Of a DNA stretch of 36,602 nucleotides, positions 8,981-17,616 are shown in pieces (the first letter of the stretch is position 1; every line of letters starts with the position of its first letter). The notes beneath the pieces are model-generated. The model did not search any database, had not been told where the DNA came from, and worked only from the letters and a program-made list of their open reading frames with translations. The position numbers and the translations under genes are program-made. This DNA is from Chloroflexota bacterium. GTDB lineage: Bacteria > Chloroflexota > Limnocylindria > P2-11E. Location of the stretch: positions 1 through 36,602 of the forward strand of contig JAYVCA010000055.1 of assembly GCA_043750135.1 (NCBI GenBank). Direction: 5' to 3'.

Positions 8981-10488
8981 TTCGGGTAGCGAAGCACCGG
9001 CGTACGCGCGGCGCCGACCTCGTCGAGCCGCGCGAGCGGCGCCCGCAACGGCGCGCGGTGGACCGCCGCGGCGTCGGTCTTCACCCGCTCGGCGATGCGC
9101 AGGAGGGCGTCCGCGAACGCGTCGAGGGTCTCCTTCGGCTCGGTCTCGGTCGGCTCGATCATGAGCGCCTCGGGGACGATCAGCGGGAAGTAGACCGTGG
9201 GCGGGTGGAATCCCTCGTCGATGAGCGCCTTCGCCAGGTCGAGGGCCGACGCGCCGGCCTTCTTCTGTGCCGCCGCGGTGAGCACGAACTCGTGCATGCA
9301 CGGCCGGTCGTAGGCGACGTCGTACGCCCCGCGCAACCGGGCGAGGAGATAGTTCGCCGCGAGGACCGCGTCCTCGCCGGTGCTGCGCAGCCCCTCTTCG
9401 CCGAGCGAGCGGATGTAGGTATAGGCCCGCGCAAGGACCCCGAAGTTTCCGTGGAACGCCCGGACCCGCCCGACGCTCTCTGGCCGGTCGGCATCGAGCG
9501 CGTAGGCACCTTGGCGCCGCACGACCCGCGGCACCGGCAGGTACGGCGCGAGACGCGCGTTCGCGCAGACCGGCCCGGCCCCCGGGCCACCGGCACCGTG
9601 CGGGGTGCTGAAGGTCTTGTGCAGGTTGAGGTGGATCACGTCAAAGCCCAGATCGCCCGGCCGGGCGATCCCGAGCAGCGCGTTCATGTTCGCGCCGTCG
9701 CCATACATCAGACCGCCGCAGGCGTGGACCGCGGCGATGACCTCCTCGAGTCCCTCTTCGAACAGGCCGAGGGTGTTCGGGTTGGTGAGCATCATCCCCA
9801 CGACGTCGTCGCCGAGCGCCGCCTCGAGCGCCGCGAGGTCCACGTTCCCGCGCGCGTCGCTCTTCACCGTCGTGACGTCGAAGCCGCAGAGCGCCGCCGA
9901 TGAGGGATTCGTGCCGTGCGCGGAGTCGGGGACGATGACGCGACGGCGCTTCGTGTCGCCGCGCGCGCGGTGGTAGGCCTTGAACATCAGGATCGCGGTG
10001 AACTCCGCGTGCGCACCGGCGGCCGGCTGCAGCGAGACCTCGGCCATTCCGGTGATCCCGGCGAGAAGCCGCTCGAGCTCGTACATCAGACGGAGGGCGC
10101 CCTGCGCATCGGCGTCGGGTTGCAGCGGATGGAGGTCGGCGATGCCCGGCAGCGCGGCGACGCGATCGTTCACCTTCGGGTTGTATTTCATCGTGCACGA
10201 GCCGAGCGGATAGAACCCGGTATCGACCGCGTAGTTCAGCTGCGCGAGATGGGTGAAATGACGCACGACCTGGATCTCGGCCAGCTCGGGCAACGCGGGC
10301 GGGGTCTCGCGACGGAAGGCGGCGGGGATGTGCTCGGTCGGTTCGCTGGTCACGTGCCGGCCGTTCCGCCCCGGTCGCGCGAGCTCGTGCAGCAGCGGCT
10401 CCAGCGCGGGCAGCGCGGTGGTCGCGCCGACATCCGGGCGGATGACGCCGCCCGTGATGCGCGCGTTCGGTTCCCTTTTCTCGCTCAC
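8977..10488 (-). CDS. gcvPB: Glycine dehydrogenase (decarboxylating) subunit 2
   Basis: 503 aa. Typical GcvPB sequence (SCTMKYNPK, NLHKTFSTPHGAGGPG PLP-lysine region). Follows gcvPA with a GTGA overlap. Confidence 0.93.
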   Translation of the reverse strand: MSEKREPNARITGGVIRPDVGATTALPALEPLLHELARPGRNGRHVTSEPTEHIPAAFRRETPPALPELAEIQVVRHFTHLAQLNYAVDTGFYPLGSCTMKYNPKVNDRVAALPGIADLHPLQPDADAQGALRLMYELERLLAGITGMAEVSLQPAAGAHAEFTAILMFKAYHRARGDTKRRRVIVPDSAHGTNPSSAALCGFDVTTVKSDARGNVDLAALEAALGDDVVGMMLTNPNTLGLFEEGLEEVIAAVHACGGLMYGDGANMNALLGIARPGDLGFDVIHLNLHKTFSTPHGAGGPGAGPVCANARLAPYLPVPRVVRRQGAYALDADRPESVGRVRAFHGNFGVLARAYTYIRSLGEEGLRSTGEDAVLAANYLLARLRGAYDVAYDRPCMHEFVLTAAAQKKAGASALDLAKALIDEGFHPPTVYFPLIVPEALMIEPTETEPKETLDAFADALLRIAERVKTDAAAVHRAPLRAPLARLDEVGAARTPVLRYPK

Positions 10489-11873
10489 CGGGCCGCCACG
10501 CCGTCGATCTGGCCCGCCGGGCGCCGGGCGGCGGCCTCTCGAACGATCCCCTCGATGCCAACGACGAGCGCGTCGAGATCGGCGTCCGAGTTCATCTCGG
10601 TGCAGCAGATGAGGAGCTCGTCGGCGCGATCGGGGAAGTCGTGCCCGAGCGGATAGCCGGCGATGATCCCAGCGGCGAGGAGCGTGTCGCGCAGCACGGT
10701 CGCGTCGACCGGCAGGCGAAGCGTGAATTCGGCGAAGAACGGCCCCGGATTCGTCACGCTGCAGCCCTGGAGCGCGCCGAGCCGCGCCGCGAGACGGTGC
10801 GCGAGCTCGACCGACCGGTCGGCGACCGCGCGCAAGCCCTGCGGTCCGACGAGGGCCAGGTAGATCGCTGCGTGGATCGCGTAGACCGCCTCGTTCGTGC
10901 AGATGTTGCTCGTCGCCTTCTCGCGGCGAATGTGCTGCTCGCGGGTCTGCAGGGTATTCACGAAGCCGCGCACGCCGTTGCTGTCGGTGGTCTGCCCGAC
11001 GATGCGTCCGGGAAGCTGGCGGACCAGATCGGCGCGGACGGCCATGAGGCCCACGTACGGACCGCCGTAGCTCATCGGGATCCCGAGGGGCTGGCCGTCC
11101 CCCACCGCGACGTCGATGCCGCAGGCGCCAGGGGGCGCGAGCAGGGCGCAGGACACCGGGTCGACCGACGCGATCGCGAGCGCGCCGGCACGGTGGGCCG
11201 CCGCGGCGACCGCGCGAAGATCGACGAGCGTCCCGAAGAACGACGGGTTCGCGGTGATCAGGCCGGCCGCGCCGTCGGCCGCGGCGACGAGCGCAGCGGT
11301 GTCGGCCACCTCGACGATCTCGAGGTCGGGCCCCTGGGCGTAGGTGTGAAGGAGGGCGCGATGGTGCGGGTGGACGTCGTGCGACACGACGACCCGCCGC
11401 CGGCCGGTCGCGCGCACCGCCAGCATCGCCGCCTCGGCGACCGCGGTCGAGCCGTCATACAGGGAGGCGTTCGAAACATCCATCCCGAGCAGCTCGGCGA
11501 CGAGCGATTGGTACTCCCAGATCGCCTGGAGCGTCCCCTGGCTCACCTCCGGCTGGTAGGGGGTGTAGGCCGTGAGGAACTCGCCGCGCGTCGCGAGGAC
11601 CGGGACCGCGGCCGGGATGTACCGGCGATAGACACCGGCGCCGAGGAAGAACGGACCCGAGCCGGCCGGACGGTCCTCGGCCGCGAGCGCCGACAGGGCG
11701 GTGAACAGCTCGAGCTCGGAGAGCCCGTCGGGCACGCCGAGCCGCGGCGCGCGGGCCCGCTCCGGGATGACCGTCAGGAGCTCGTCGACCGAACCGATAC
11801 CGATGGCCGCGAGCATCGCGGCCCGATCTTCGGGCGTGTGCGGCGAGTACGGGTTCCGGCCGGGACGGGCCAC
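10485..11873 (-). CDS. gcvPA: Glycine dehydrogenase (decarboxylating) subunit 1
   Basis: 462 aa. FLGAGVYRRYIPAAV and YTPYQPEVSQGTLQAIWEYQ are hallmark GcvPA motifs. Confidence 0.93.
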   Translation of the reverse strand: MARPGRNPYSPHTPEDRAAMLAAIGIGSVDELLTVIPERARAPRLGVPDGLSELELFTALSALAAEDRPAGSGPFFLGAGVYRRYIPAAVPVLATRGEFLTAYTPYQPEVSQGTLQAIWEYQSLVAELLGMDVSNASLYDGSTAVAEAAMLAVRATGRRRVVVSHDVHPHHRALLHTYAQGPDLEIVEVADTAALVAAADGAAGLITANPSFFGTLVDLRAVAAAAHRAGALAIASVDPVSCALLAPPGACGIDVAVGDGQPLGIPMSYGGPYVGLMAVRADLVRQLPGRIVGQTTDSNGVRGFVNTLQTREQHIRREKATSNICTNEAVYAIHAAIYLALVGPQGLRAVADRSVELAHRLAARLGALQGCSVTNPGPFFAEFTLRLPVDATVLRDTLLAAGIIAGYPLGHDFPDRADELLICCTEMNSDADLDALVVGIEGIVREAAARRPAGQIDGVAAR

Positions 11874-12286
11874 TAATCTCCGCCAGAGGCCGGGCTCTCG
11901 CCGATGTGCGCGCGATAGTCGGTGGGCGAGAGGAGCTGGCCGATCTCGCCGCGGTCGGCGATCCGGATCCGGAGCATCCAGCCGTCGCCGTAGGGGTCGG
12001 TGTTCACCAGTTCCGGCTTCTCGATGACCTTCACGTTGCGCTCCAGCACCTCGCCGGAGATCGGCGCGTAGACGTCCGACGCGGCCTTCACCGACTCGAC
12101 GACCCCGAAGCTGGCGTGCTGCCGGACGGTCGAGCCCTTCTCCGGGAGCTCGACGAACACGACATCACCGAGCTGTTCCTGGGCAAACGCGGTGATGCCG
12201 ACGAGCGCGGTCTCGCCGTCGGCGCGCACCCACTCGTGCTCCTTGGAATACCGGAGGTCGTCGGGGACCGCGCTCATCCCACTCAT
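11873..12286 (-). CDS. gcvH: Glycine cleavage system H protein
   Basis: 137 aa. LRYSKEHEWV and the lipoyl-lysine motif VESVKAASD. Confidence 0.93.
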   Translation of the reverse strand: MSGMSAVPDDLRYSKEHEWVRADGETALVGITAFAQEQLGDVVFVELPEKGSTVRQHASFGVVESVKAASDVYAPISGEVLERNVKVIEKPELVNTDPYGDGWMLRIRIADRGEIGQLLSPTDYRAHIGESPASGGD

Positions 12287-13399
12287 CTATGCACTCCTCT
12301 TCCAGAACGGCGTCTTCACGACTTTAGCCGGGACGTCGCGATCCCGAATACGGACCGCGACAGCGGTCCCGACCTTGGCCAGGGCCGCGGGCACGTAGGC
12401 GAGGGCGATGTTCCGCTGCACGGTCGGGCCGTAGGTGCCGCTGGTCACCAGACCGACGATCTCGCCGCCAGCGATGACCGCATGGCCATGGCGCGCGATG
12501 CCGCCATCGGTGATCAAGCCGACGAGCTTCCGTTCGGGTCCCGTCGCCTTCGCTGCGGCGATCGCCTCGCGACCGACGAAGTCCTTGTCCAGCTTGCAGG
12601 TCCAGCCGAGCCCGGCCTCGATCGGGCCGGTCGTCTCGTCGATGTCATTGCCGTAGAGCGAGAATCGGGCCTCGAGCCGGAGCGTGTCGCGCGCCCCAAG
12701 ACCGATCGGGAGGAGGCCGAGCGCAGCACCCGCCGCGATGATCCGAGACCACACCGCGACCGCCCGATCGGCGTCGACGAACACCTCGAACCCGTCCTCG
12801 CCGGTGTATCCGGTCCGGGCGACGATCGCCCGCGCGCCGGCGACGCGTGCGGCGGTCACGCCGAACGGCGGAAGCGCCTCGATCGAAGCCTCGCGGACCT
12901 CAAGCTCGGTGACCGCGGACAGGATGACCGCGGCACGCGGACCCTGGACCGCGACGAGCGCCGTCGCGTCGGAGCGGTCGTCGAGCTTCACCTCCGAGCC
13001 GAGTCGCGCGGCGATGTGCGCGCGATCCTTCGCGATGTTGGAGGCGTTCACGACCACGAGGGCCTCGTCCTCGCGGAGCCGGTAGACGATGACGTCGTCG
13101 ACGATGGTCCCGCGCTCGTTGCAGAGGAGCCCATAGCGTGCCTGGCCCACGGCGAGGGCGGCGATGTCGCTCGACACCAGGTGATCAAGGGCCGCGAGCG
13201 CGCCCGGACCGGTGACGTGGAGCTCGCCCATGTGCGAGAGGTCGAAGATCCCTGCTGCTGAGCGCACGGTGCGGTGTTCGGTGACGATCCCGGTCGGGTA
13301 GTGGATCGGCAGCTCGAATCCGGCGAACGGAACGATCTTTGCGCCGAGGCCGACGTGCTCGTCGTAGAGCGGGGTACGGCGCAGCGAGGCGTCGGTCAC
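12287..13399 (-). CDS. gcvT: Aminomethyltransferase (glycine cleavage T protein)
   Basis: Trimmed to GTG 13399 (VTDASLRRTPLYDEHVGLGAKIVPFAGFELP), with GAGGAGG upstream and a GTGA overlap on the Nudix stop. Confidence 0.9.
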   Translation of the reverse strand: MTDASLRRTPLYDEHVGLGAKIVPFAGFELPIHYPTGIVTEHRTVRSAAGIFDLSHMGELHVTGPGALAALDHLVSSDIAALAVGQARYGLLCNERGTIVDDVIVYRLREDEALVVVNASNIAKDRAHIAARLGSEVKLDDRSDATALVAVQGPRAAVILSAVTELEVREASIEALPPFGVTAARVAGARAIVARTGYTGEDGFEVFVDADRAVAVWSRIIAAGAALGLLPIGLGARDTLRLEARFSLYGNDIDETTGPIEAGLGWTCKLDKDFVGREAIAAAKATGPERKLVGLITDGGIARHGHAVIAGGEIVGLVTSGTYGPTVQRNIALAYVPAALAKVGTAVAVRIRDRDVPAKVVKTPFWKRSA

Positions 13400-13854
13400 G
13401 ACGCGGCCTCCTCGGGGGCCAGCGCCCGATCGAGGACGTCGCGGTACGTGTCGAAGGTCAGCATCCGGCGGGCCTCGCTCACGCTCACCCAGCACGCGTG
13501 GTCGTACTCATGATCGTGCAGCGACAGATCGCCGCCGATCGCCTCCATCAGGAAGAAGCTGACGAGCTTGTGGACGCGCTCGCCGCCAGCGGCGAACCAG
13601 TACTCCATGTCGCCGAGCGGCCGCACGATGCGGACGTCGAGCCCGGTCTCCTCGCGGACCTCGCGAAGCGCGGTGTCCTCACGCGTCTCGCCGGCGCTGG
13701 GGGTGCCTTTGGGGAAGACCCACGAGCGGTCGCTCGTCCGCCCCACGAGGACGACCTCGGGTCCCTGTTCGGCGGATCGAAGGACCACCCCGCCAGAGGC
13801 CGCTGCGGTCCGCACGCGCATCGGCCGGCGCGCATTCGGACGCGGCGCGGACAT
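13396..13854 (-). CDS. NUDIX hydrolase
   Basis: 152 aa. Nudix box GTPSAGETREDTALREVREETGL (GX5EX7REUXEEXGU). GGGAGGA lies 7 nt upstream of the ATG. Confidence 0.85.
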   Translation of the reverse strand: MSAPRPNARRPMRVRTAAASGGVVLRSAEQGPEVVLVGRTSDRSWVFPKGTPSAGETREDTALREVREETGLDVRIVRPLGDMEYWFAAGGERVHKLVSFFLMEAIGGDLSLHDHEYDHACWVSVSEARRMLTFDTYRDVLDRALAPEEAAS

Positions 13855-13873
13855 GGCGGGTCCTCCCTTGTGT

Positions 13874-13917
13874 CTCGACGGTATCGACGTTCATCAACGG
13901 CATCGACGCGGCGTCGA
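13874..13917. promoter_or_regulatory. Candidate operator: 15-bp perfect palindrome plus repeated TCGACG half-sites upstream of the Nudix-gcv operon
   Basis: tcgacgc-g-gcgtcga at 13903-13917. TCGACG also occurs at 13875 and 13884. It lies in the 77-bp intergenic region before the Nudix start. No convincing -35/-10 was found. Confidence 0.3.
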
Positions 13918-13931
13918 CATGCTGAGAACAG

Positions 13932-15056
13932 TCATTCTGTCACGGCATTGGCCGCTTCGTACGCCGCGCGGAGCGCGAGCGCGACCGCGCCGGGGGACCA
14001 GGCCGCCACCGCGCGGCGCTGGGCTTCCGCCGCCAGCCGGGACCGGAGCAGTTGATCGCCGAGCGCCCTTTCGACCGCGGCGGCGAGCGCGTCGGCGCTT
14101 GGCGCGGCGCCGGGAAACAGGCCTCCCTCCCCGTCGCCGAGGACCTCGGCATATCCACCGCGTGCCGGAGCCACGACGGCGCAGCCCGCGGCCGCAGCCT
14201 CGCAGAGCGCCAGCCCCTGGGTCTCGCTGCGCGAGGCGCTCACGACGATCGTCGCGGCAGCGAGCACGTCGGCGAGCGCGGAAGTGTCGAGCTGCCCGAG
14301 GAGCCGGACGCGATCGGCGATCCCGGCGCGGGTCGCCGCGGCCCGCAGCTCGGCGTCGAGCGGGCCCGCGCCGGCGAAGGCCAGTATCGCGCTGTTCTCC
14401 GCGAGCGCGCGGAGCATGGCCACGAGATCGAGCGCCCGCTTCTCCACCGCGAGCCGCGAGATCGAGAGCAGGACCGGGACACCCTCGGCCACGCCGATGC
14501 GCGCCCGCCCGCGGTCGGCAGCGCCCCGGCCGAGGGCGGCGTCCACCGGCGCCGCGACGACGCGCACCGCACGAGCGTCACCGGCCGCACGAAGCTCGGC
14601 CGCAAGCTCCTCACACGGCGCGACGACCAGATCCGCGGCCGCGACGACGACGCCGGTATACGGCTCGAGGAGGGTCTTGGCCAAGGGCGCCGCAGCTCGG
14701 GCGTAATGCACGTACTCGTCGAAGCGGGTGTGGACCGTGACCACGAACGGCGCGCGAAGCGAGCGCGCCGCGGCAAGCGCGGCCCACGACGCGCCGAAGA
14801 CCGAATGGGCGTGGAGCAGGTCCACACCGCGCGCACGCAGCCGGGGGGCGAGGCGTGGTCGGAACAGGGCGACGCGGTACCCCGGCGGAGAGCCGGGAAT
14901 GTGGATGTCCGGCTCGGCGAGGTCGACATCGCCGTGCGGACCGACGACGGTCACGGTCGTACCCGATCCGCGGAGGGCATCCCGCTGGCGGCGCACGGCG
15001 ACGGTCACTCCGGAGACATACGGGAGCGCGACGTCGGTGAGGAAGGCGACGTGCAT
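13932..15056 (-). CDS. Glycosyltransferase family 4 (GT-B fold)
   Basis: 374 aa. N-terminal MHVAFLTDVALPYVSGV. C-terminal EX7E motif (SRSETQGLALCEAAAAG). Confidence 0.8.
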   Translation of the reverse strand: MHVAFLTDVALPYVSGVTVAVRRQRDALRGSGTTVTVVGPHGDVDLAEPDIHIPGSPPGYRVALFRPRLAPRLRARGVDLLHAHSVFGASWAALAAARSLRAPFVVTVHTRFDEYVHYARAAAPLAKTLLEPYTGVVVAAADLVVAPCEELAAELRAAGDARAVRVVAAPVDAALGRGAADRGRARIGVAEGVPVLLSISRLAVEKRALDLVAMLRALAENSAILAFAGAGPLDAELRAAATRAGIADRVRLLGQLDTSALADVLAAATIVVSASRSETQGLALCEAAAAGCAVVAPARGGYAEVLGDGEGGLFPGAAPSADALAAAVERALGDQLLRSRLAAEAQRRAVAAWSPGAVALALRAAYEAANAVTE

Positions 15057-15083
15057 CGTCCGGCGGCTTCGAGGCGGCGGGGG

Positions 15084-15875
15084 CTAGAGCAGCCGGGTGT
15101 TGTTGATGACCAGCGCGAACGAGCAGTGCAGGAATTCCGCAGCGCGCCGCGACAGCATCATCCGCGAGAGGAAGATCTCGAAGTACTCCATGAGCGGCGC
15201 GACCTCGGTATCGATGGTGAGCTCGAGGGTGATGAGCTTTTCCCGCCGGCTCACCTTGATCTCGGACGCGCTCGCGGCGTAGTTCACCCGGTCGTGGATG
15301 TCGAAGGTCGTGGTCTTCGGGTTGCGGACCCGGCTCCGGTGCACGTCGCTCTTGTCGGCGATGATCACCGCCGCCGAGACCGCGCTCACCGGGACGCCGC
15401 CCTCGGCCTCCTCGTGATTCGCGATCGCGCCCATGATCACCGCGATCTCCTCGTAGGTGAAGCCAAGGTCGACGAGGATGTGGTTCACCAGCAGCGCGCC
15501 GGTCTGGCCATGCTTCTCGCGGGTGATGACGTTGCCGATGTCGTGCAGGTACCCGGCGACGGCGGCGACCTCGGTGCGGCGCGCCTCATGCCCGAGCGAG
15601 CGGAGGATGAACCGTGCGCCGTCGGCCGTCGTATTCGCATGGCGCTCGCCGTGCTCGGTGTAGCCGATGGCGCCGGTCTGCGCGTTCGCCGAACGGATGT
15701 AGACCTTCACCCGCTCGTCCTTCTTCACGTCTTCGAGCGTCGGCCCTTGGCGCTTCGCCTCGGCGGGGGTCTTCGTCTTGGTCTCCGCCCGATGGACCTT
15801 GGTCTTCTCGTCGTCGGTCTTTGTGTCATCCGGTCCGGGACGGTGCGCGGAAGAGGCGGGAGGCATCCGCTGCAC
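15084..15875 (-). CDS. HD-domain metal-dependent phosphohydrolase with a Lys/Thr/Asp-rich N-terminal tail
   Basis: HGERHA ... GYLHDIGN (H...HD motif). GTG 15875 or ATG 15866 are both possible starts. Confidence 0.7.
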   Translation of the reverse strand: MQRMPPASSAHRPGPDDTKTDDEKTKVHRAETKTKTPAEAKRQGPTLEDVKKDERVKVYIRSANAQTGAIGYTEHGERHANTTADGARFILRSLGHEARRTEVAAVAGYLHDIGNVITREKHGQTGALLVNHILVDLGFTYEEIAVIMGAIANHEEAEGGVPVSAVSAAVIIADKSDVHRSRVRNPKTTTFDIHDRVNYAASASEIKVSRREKLITLELTIDTEVAPLMEYFEIFLSRMMLSRRAAEFLHCSFALVINNTRLL

Positions 15876-15906
15876 TCTAGTCCGTGGGGCCCGTATGGGG
15901 ACGGAG

Positions 15907-15936
15907 GCGCCGTGCGGACCCGGGGCCGCACGGCGC
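15907..15936 (-). terminator. Strong GC hairpin, likely transcription terminator after the small membrane ORF
   Basis: Perfect 11-bp stem (gcgccgtgcgg / ccgcacggcgc) with an 8-nt loop, 12 nt downstream of the TAG at 15949-15951. There is no T-tract. It is followed by CTCCGT, as is the hairpin at 3276-3303. Confidence 0.5.
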
Positions 15937-15948
15937 TCGCCTCAGTCG

Positions 15949-16086
15949 CTACTTCTTCGGAGCGAACAGGTCGAAGAAGATCGGGAGCGTGCCGAGGATG
16001 CCAATGCCGATGAGCACGAATGTGGCGATGAGGGACGCACGCTCGCTGTAGTTCTTGCCCGCATGATGACGGTGGCAACGAGCCAC
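15949..16086 (-). CDS. Small hydrophobic protein (45 aa from GTG), possibly the 3' part of a frameshifted two-TM protein
   Basis: VARCHRHHAGKNYSERASLIATFVLIGIGILGTLPIFFDLFAPKK has a clear TM helix, C/G-rich third codon positions and a terminator hairpin right after it. No SD was seen. See the frameshift finding. Confidence 0.3.
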   Translation of the reverse strand: MARCHRHHAGKNYSERASLIATFVLIGIGILGTLPIFFDLFAPKK

Positions 16087-16156
16087 GCCGCGAGGAACGC
16101 GGCGGTCGCGAGGATGACGGACTTCGCGGGAAGCGGTCCGCCGCCGCGGCTCGGGG

Positions 16157-16621
16157 CTAGGGAGATTCTGTTCCGCTCTGCGCGAGGATCGCGCGCGCCT
16201 CGCCATAGCCGCGCTGCAGTCGCTCGGCGACCTGCTGGAGCCAGCGCAGCTCGCTCAGCCCGGCGCGGCAGACGACCTGGCCGCGGGTGAACGCGAGCCA
16301 CGGCTTGAGCGTCCCGCCGAGCAGGCCGAGCCAGGTCGCGGCCGTCGCGTCAACCTTGGGACCCTTGCCCTTCGGATCGGCGAGCTCCGCGCGGAGCGTT
16401 CCAGCGCCGGCCTGGAATTCGATCGCGCGAGCTCCGTCGGTGATCCGCAGCAGTGCGCGCCCGGCGGTGGCTCCCTGCAGCGCATCGAGCACCGCTGGCG
16501 TATCGGCCGCTTCGCCGAGGATGCGCAGCACCAGGTCGGTCACCGCTTCGGGGACCGCCTCGCCGCGCGCGGCGAGCGCGGTCGCCTCATCGAGCGCCGC
16601 GATGAGCCCGGCCGCGGTCAT
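16157..16621 (-). CDS. SCP2 sterol-carrier-like domain protein
   Basis: Trimmed to ATG 16621, which overlaps the tsaD stop (ATGA). The pattern ...ATWLGLLGGTLKPWLAFTRGQVVCRAGLSEL resembles the SCP2 C-terminal motif. Confidence 0.55.
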   Translation of the reverse strand: MTAAGLIAALDEATALAARGEAVPEAVTDLVLRILGEAADTPAVLDALQGATAGRALLRITDGARAIEFQAGAGTLRAELADPKGKGPKVDATAATWLGLLGGTLKPWLAFTRGQVVCRAGLSELRWLQQVAERLQRGYGEARAILAQSGTESP

Positions 16622-17616
16622 GCGAGCGGGAGGCTCGAGCTGACCCCGGCCGGCATCTCGGCCCCGCGATGGCGGAGCGAGTAGAACGCCGCGGCGCCGA
16701 TCATCGCCCCGTTGTCGGTGCACAGGCGCGGCGCCGGCACGCGCAGCGGCACGCCGATGCGCCGCTGGATCTCGGCGCGGAGCGGCCCGTTGGCCGCGAC
16801 GCCCCCGCCGAGCAGCACCGAGCGCACGCCGTGCTCCGCCGCGGCGCGCGCGGTCTTCGCGGCCAGGGTCTCGACGATCGCCTTCTGGAACGACGCGGCG
16901 ACATCGTTCACCGGCAGCGGACCCTGCGCTTCGAGCGAACGCACCAGGCGGAGGACCGCGGTCTTCAGGCCGGAGAAGGAGAAGTCATACCGGTCCGCGA
17001 GCCAGGCCTTCGGCAGCGGGTAGGCATCCGGATCGCCGTCTTGCGCCGCGCGCTCGATGAACGGGCCGCCCGGGAAGCCGAGACCGAGCAGCCGCGCGAC
17101 CTTATCGAACGCTTCGCCCGCGGCATCGTCGATCGTCCGGCCAAGAAGCCGAAAGCGGCGATGGCCTTCCATGAGCACCAGGTCGCTGTGCGCGCCACTC
17201 ACCACGAGCACCACCGCCGGGAGGTCCGGCTCGGGCGGCACGTCCTCGGTCTCGGCGAGCCAGTTCGCGTAGACGTGCCCCTCGAGGTGGTTCACCCCGA
17301 CGAACGGAAGGCCGGCGGCGAGGGCGAGTCCACGGGCGTAGTTCGCGCCGACGAGGAGCGCGCCGATGAGCCCCGGTCCGACGGTCGCGGCGATCGCGTC
17401 GATGTCGGCCAGGTCCATCCCCGCGTCCCGCAACGCCTGCGCGGTGAGCGGGTCGATCGCGCGAAGATGCTCGCGGGCCGCGATCTCGGGGATGATGCCG
17501 CCGGTCTGCTGGTGCATCGCCTGGGTCCCAATGACGTTCGCCCTTATGCGGCGGCCGTCCTCGACGACGGCGACACCGGTCTCGTCGCAGCTGGTCTCGA
17601 TGGCGAGGATCTTCAT
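16618..17616 (-). CDS. tsaD: tRNA N6-adenosine threonylcarbamoyltransferase
   Basis: 332 aa. MKILAIETSCDETGVAVV, metal-binding HLEGH and the Kae1/TsaD architecture. Confidence 0.93.
   Translation of the reverse strand: MKILAIETSCDETGVAVVEDGRRIRANVIGTQAMHQQTGGIIPEIAAREHLRAIDPLTAQALRDAGMDLADIDAIAATVGPGLIGALLVGANYARGLALAAGLPFVGVNHLEGHVYANWLAETEDVPPEPDLPAVVLVVSGAHSDLVLMEGHRRFRLLGRTIDDAAGEAFDKVARLLGLGFPGGPFIERAAQDGDPDAYPLPKAWLADRYDFSFSGLKTAVLRLVRSLEAQGPLPVNDVAASFQKAIVETLAAKTARAAAEHGVRSVLLGGGVAANGPLRAEIQRRIGVPLRVPAPRLCTDNGAMIGAAAFYSLRHRGAEMPAGVSSSLPLA

Noticed and set aside
13855-13931. Glycine riboswitch upstream of the gcv genes.
   Set aside because: Only 77 nt of non-coding sequence are available, and none of the conserved aptamer strings were seen by eye. 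This is reported as an absence and needs an Infernal check, rather than as a feature.
15780-15860. Lys/Thr/Asp-rich low-complexity N-terminus of the HD-domain protein (PDDTKTDDEKTKVHRAETKTKTPAEAKRQ) as a possible separate element.
   Set aside because: It is in frame and contiguous with the HD domain, so it is probably a disordered tail. The true start (GTG 15875, ATG 15866 or later) cannot be fixed from sequence alone, so no separate claim is made.
14052-16013. Very long plus-strand ORFs antisense to annotated genes. Examples are 14052..16013 (653 aa), 27005..28576 (523 aa), 28419..30092 (557 aa), 34977..36452 (491 aa), 4965..6203, 9916..10656 and 21283..22560.
   Set aside because: Their translations are Arg/Pro/Gly/Asp-rich low-complexity strings with no recognisable motifs. 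They lie exactly opposite strongly supported minus-strand genes. Open antisense frames like these are expected in DNA of about 70% GC because stop codons are rare.
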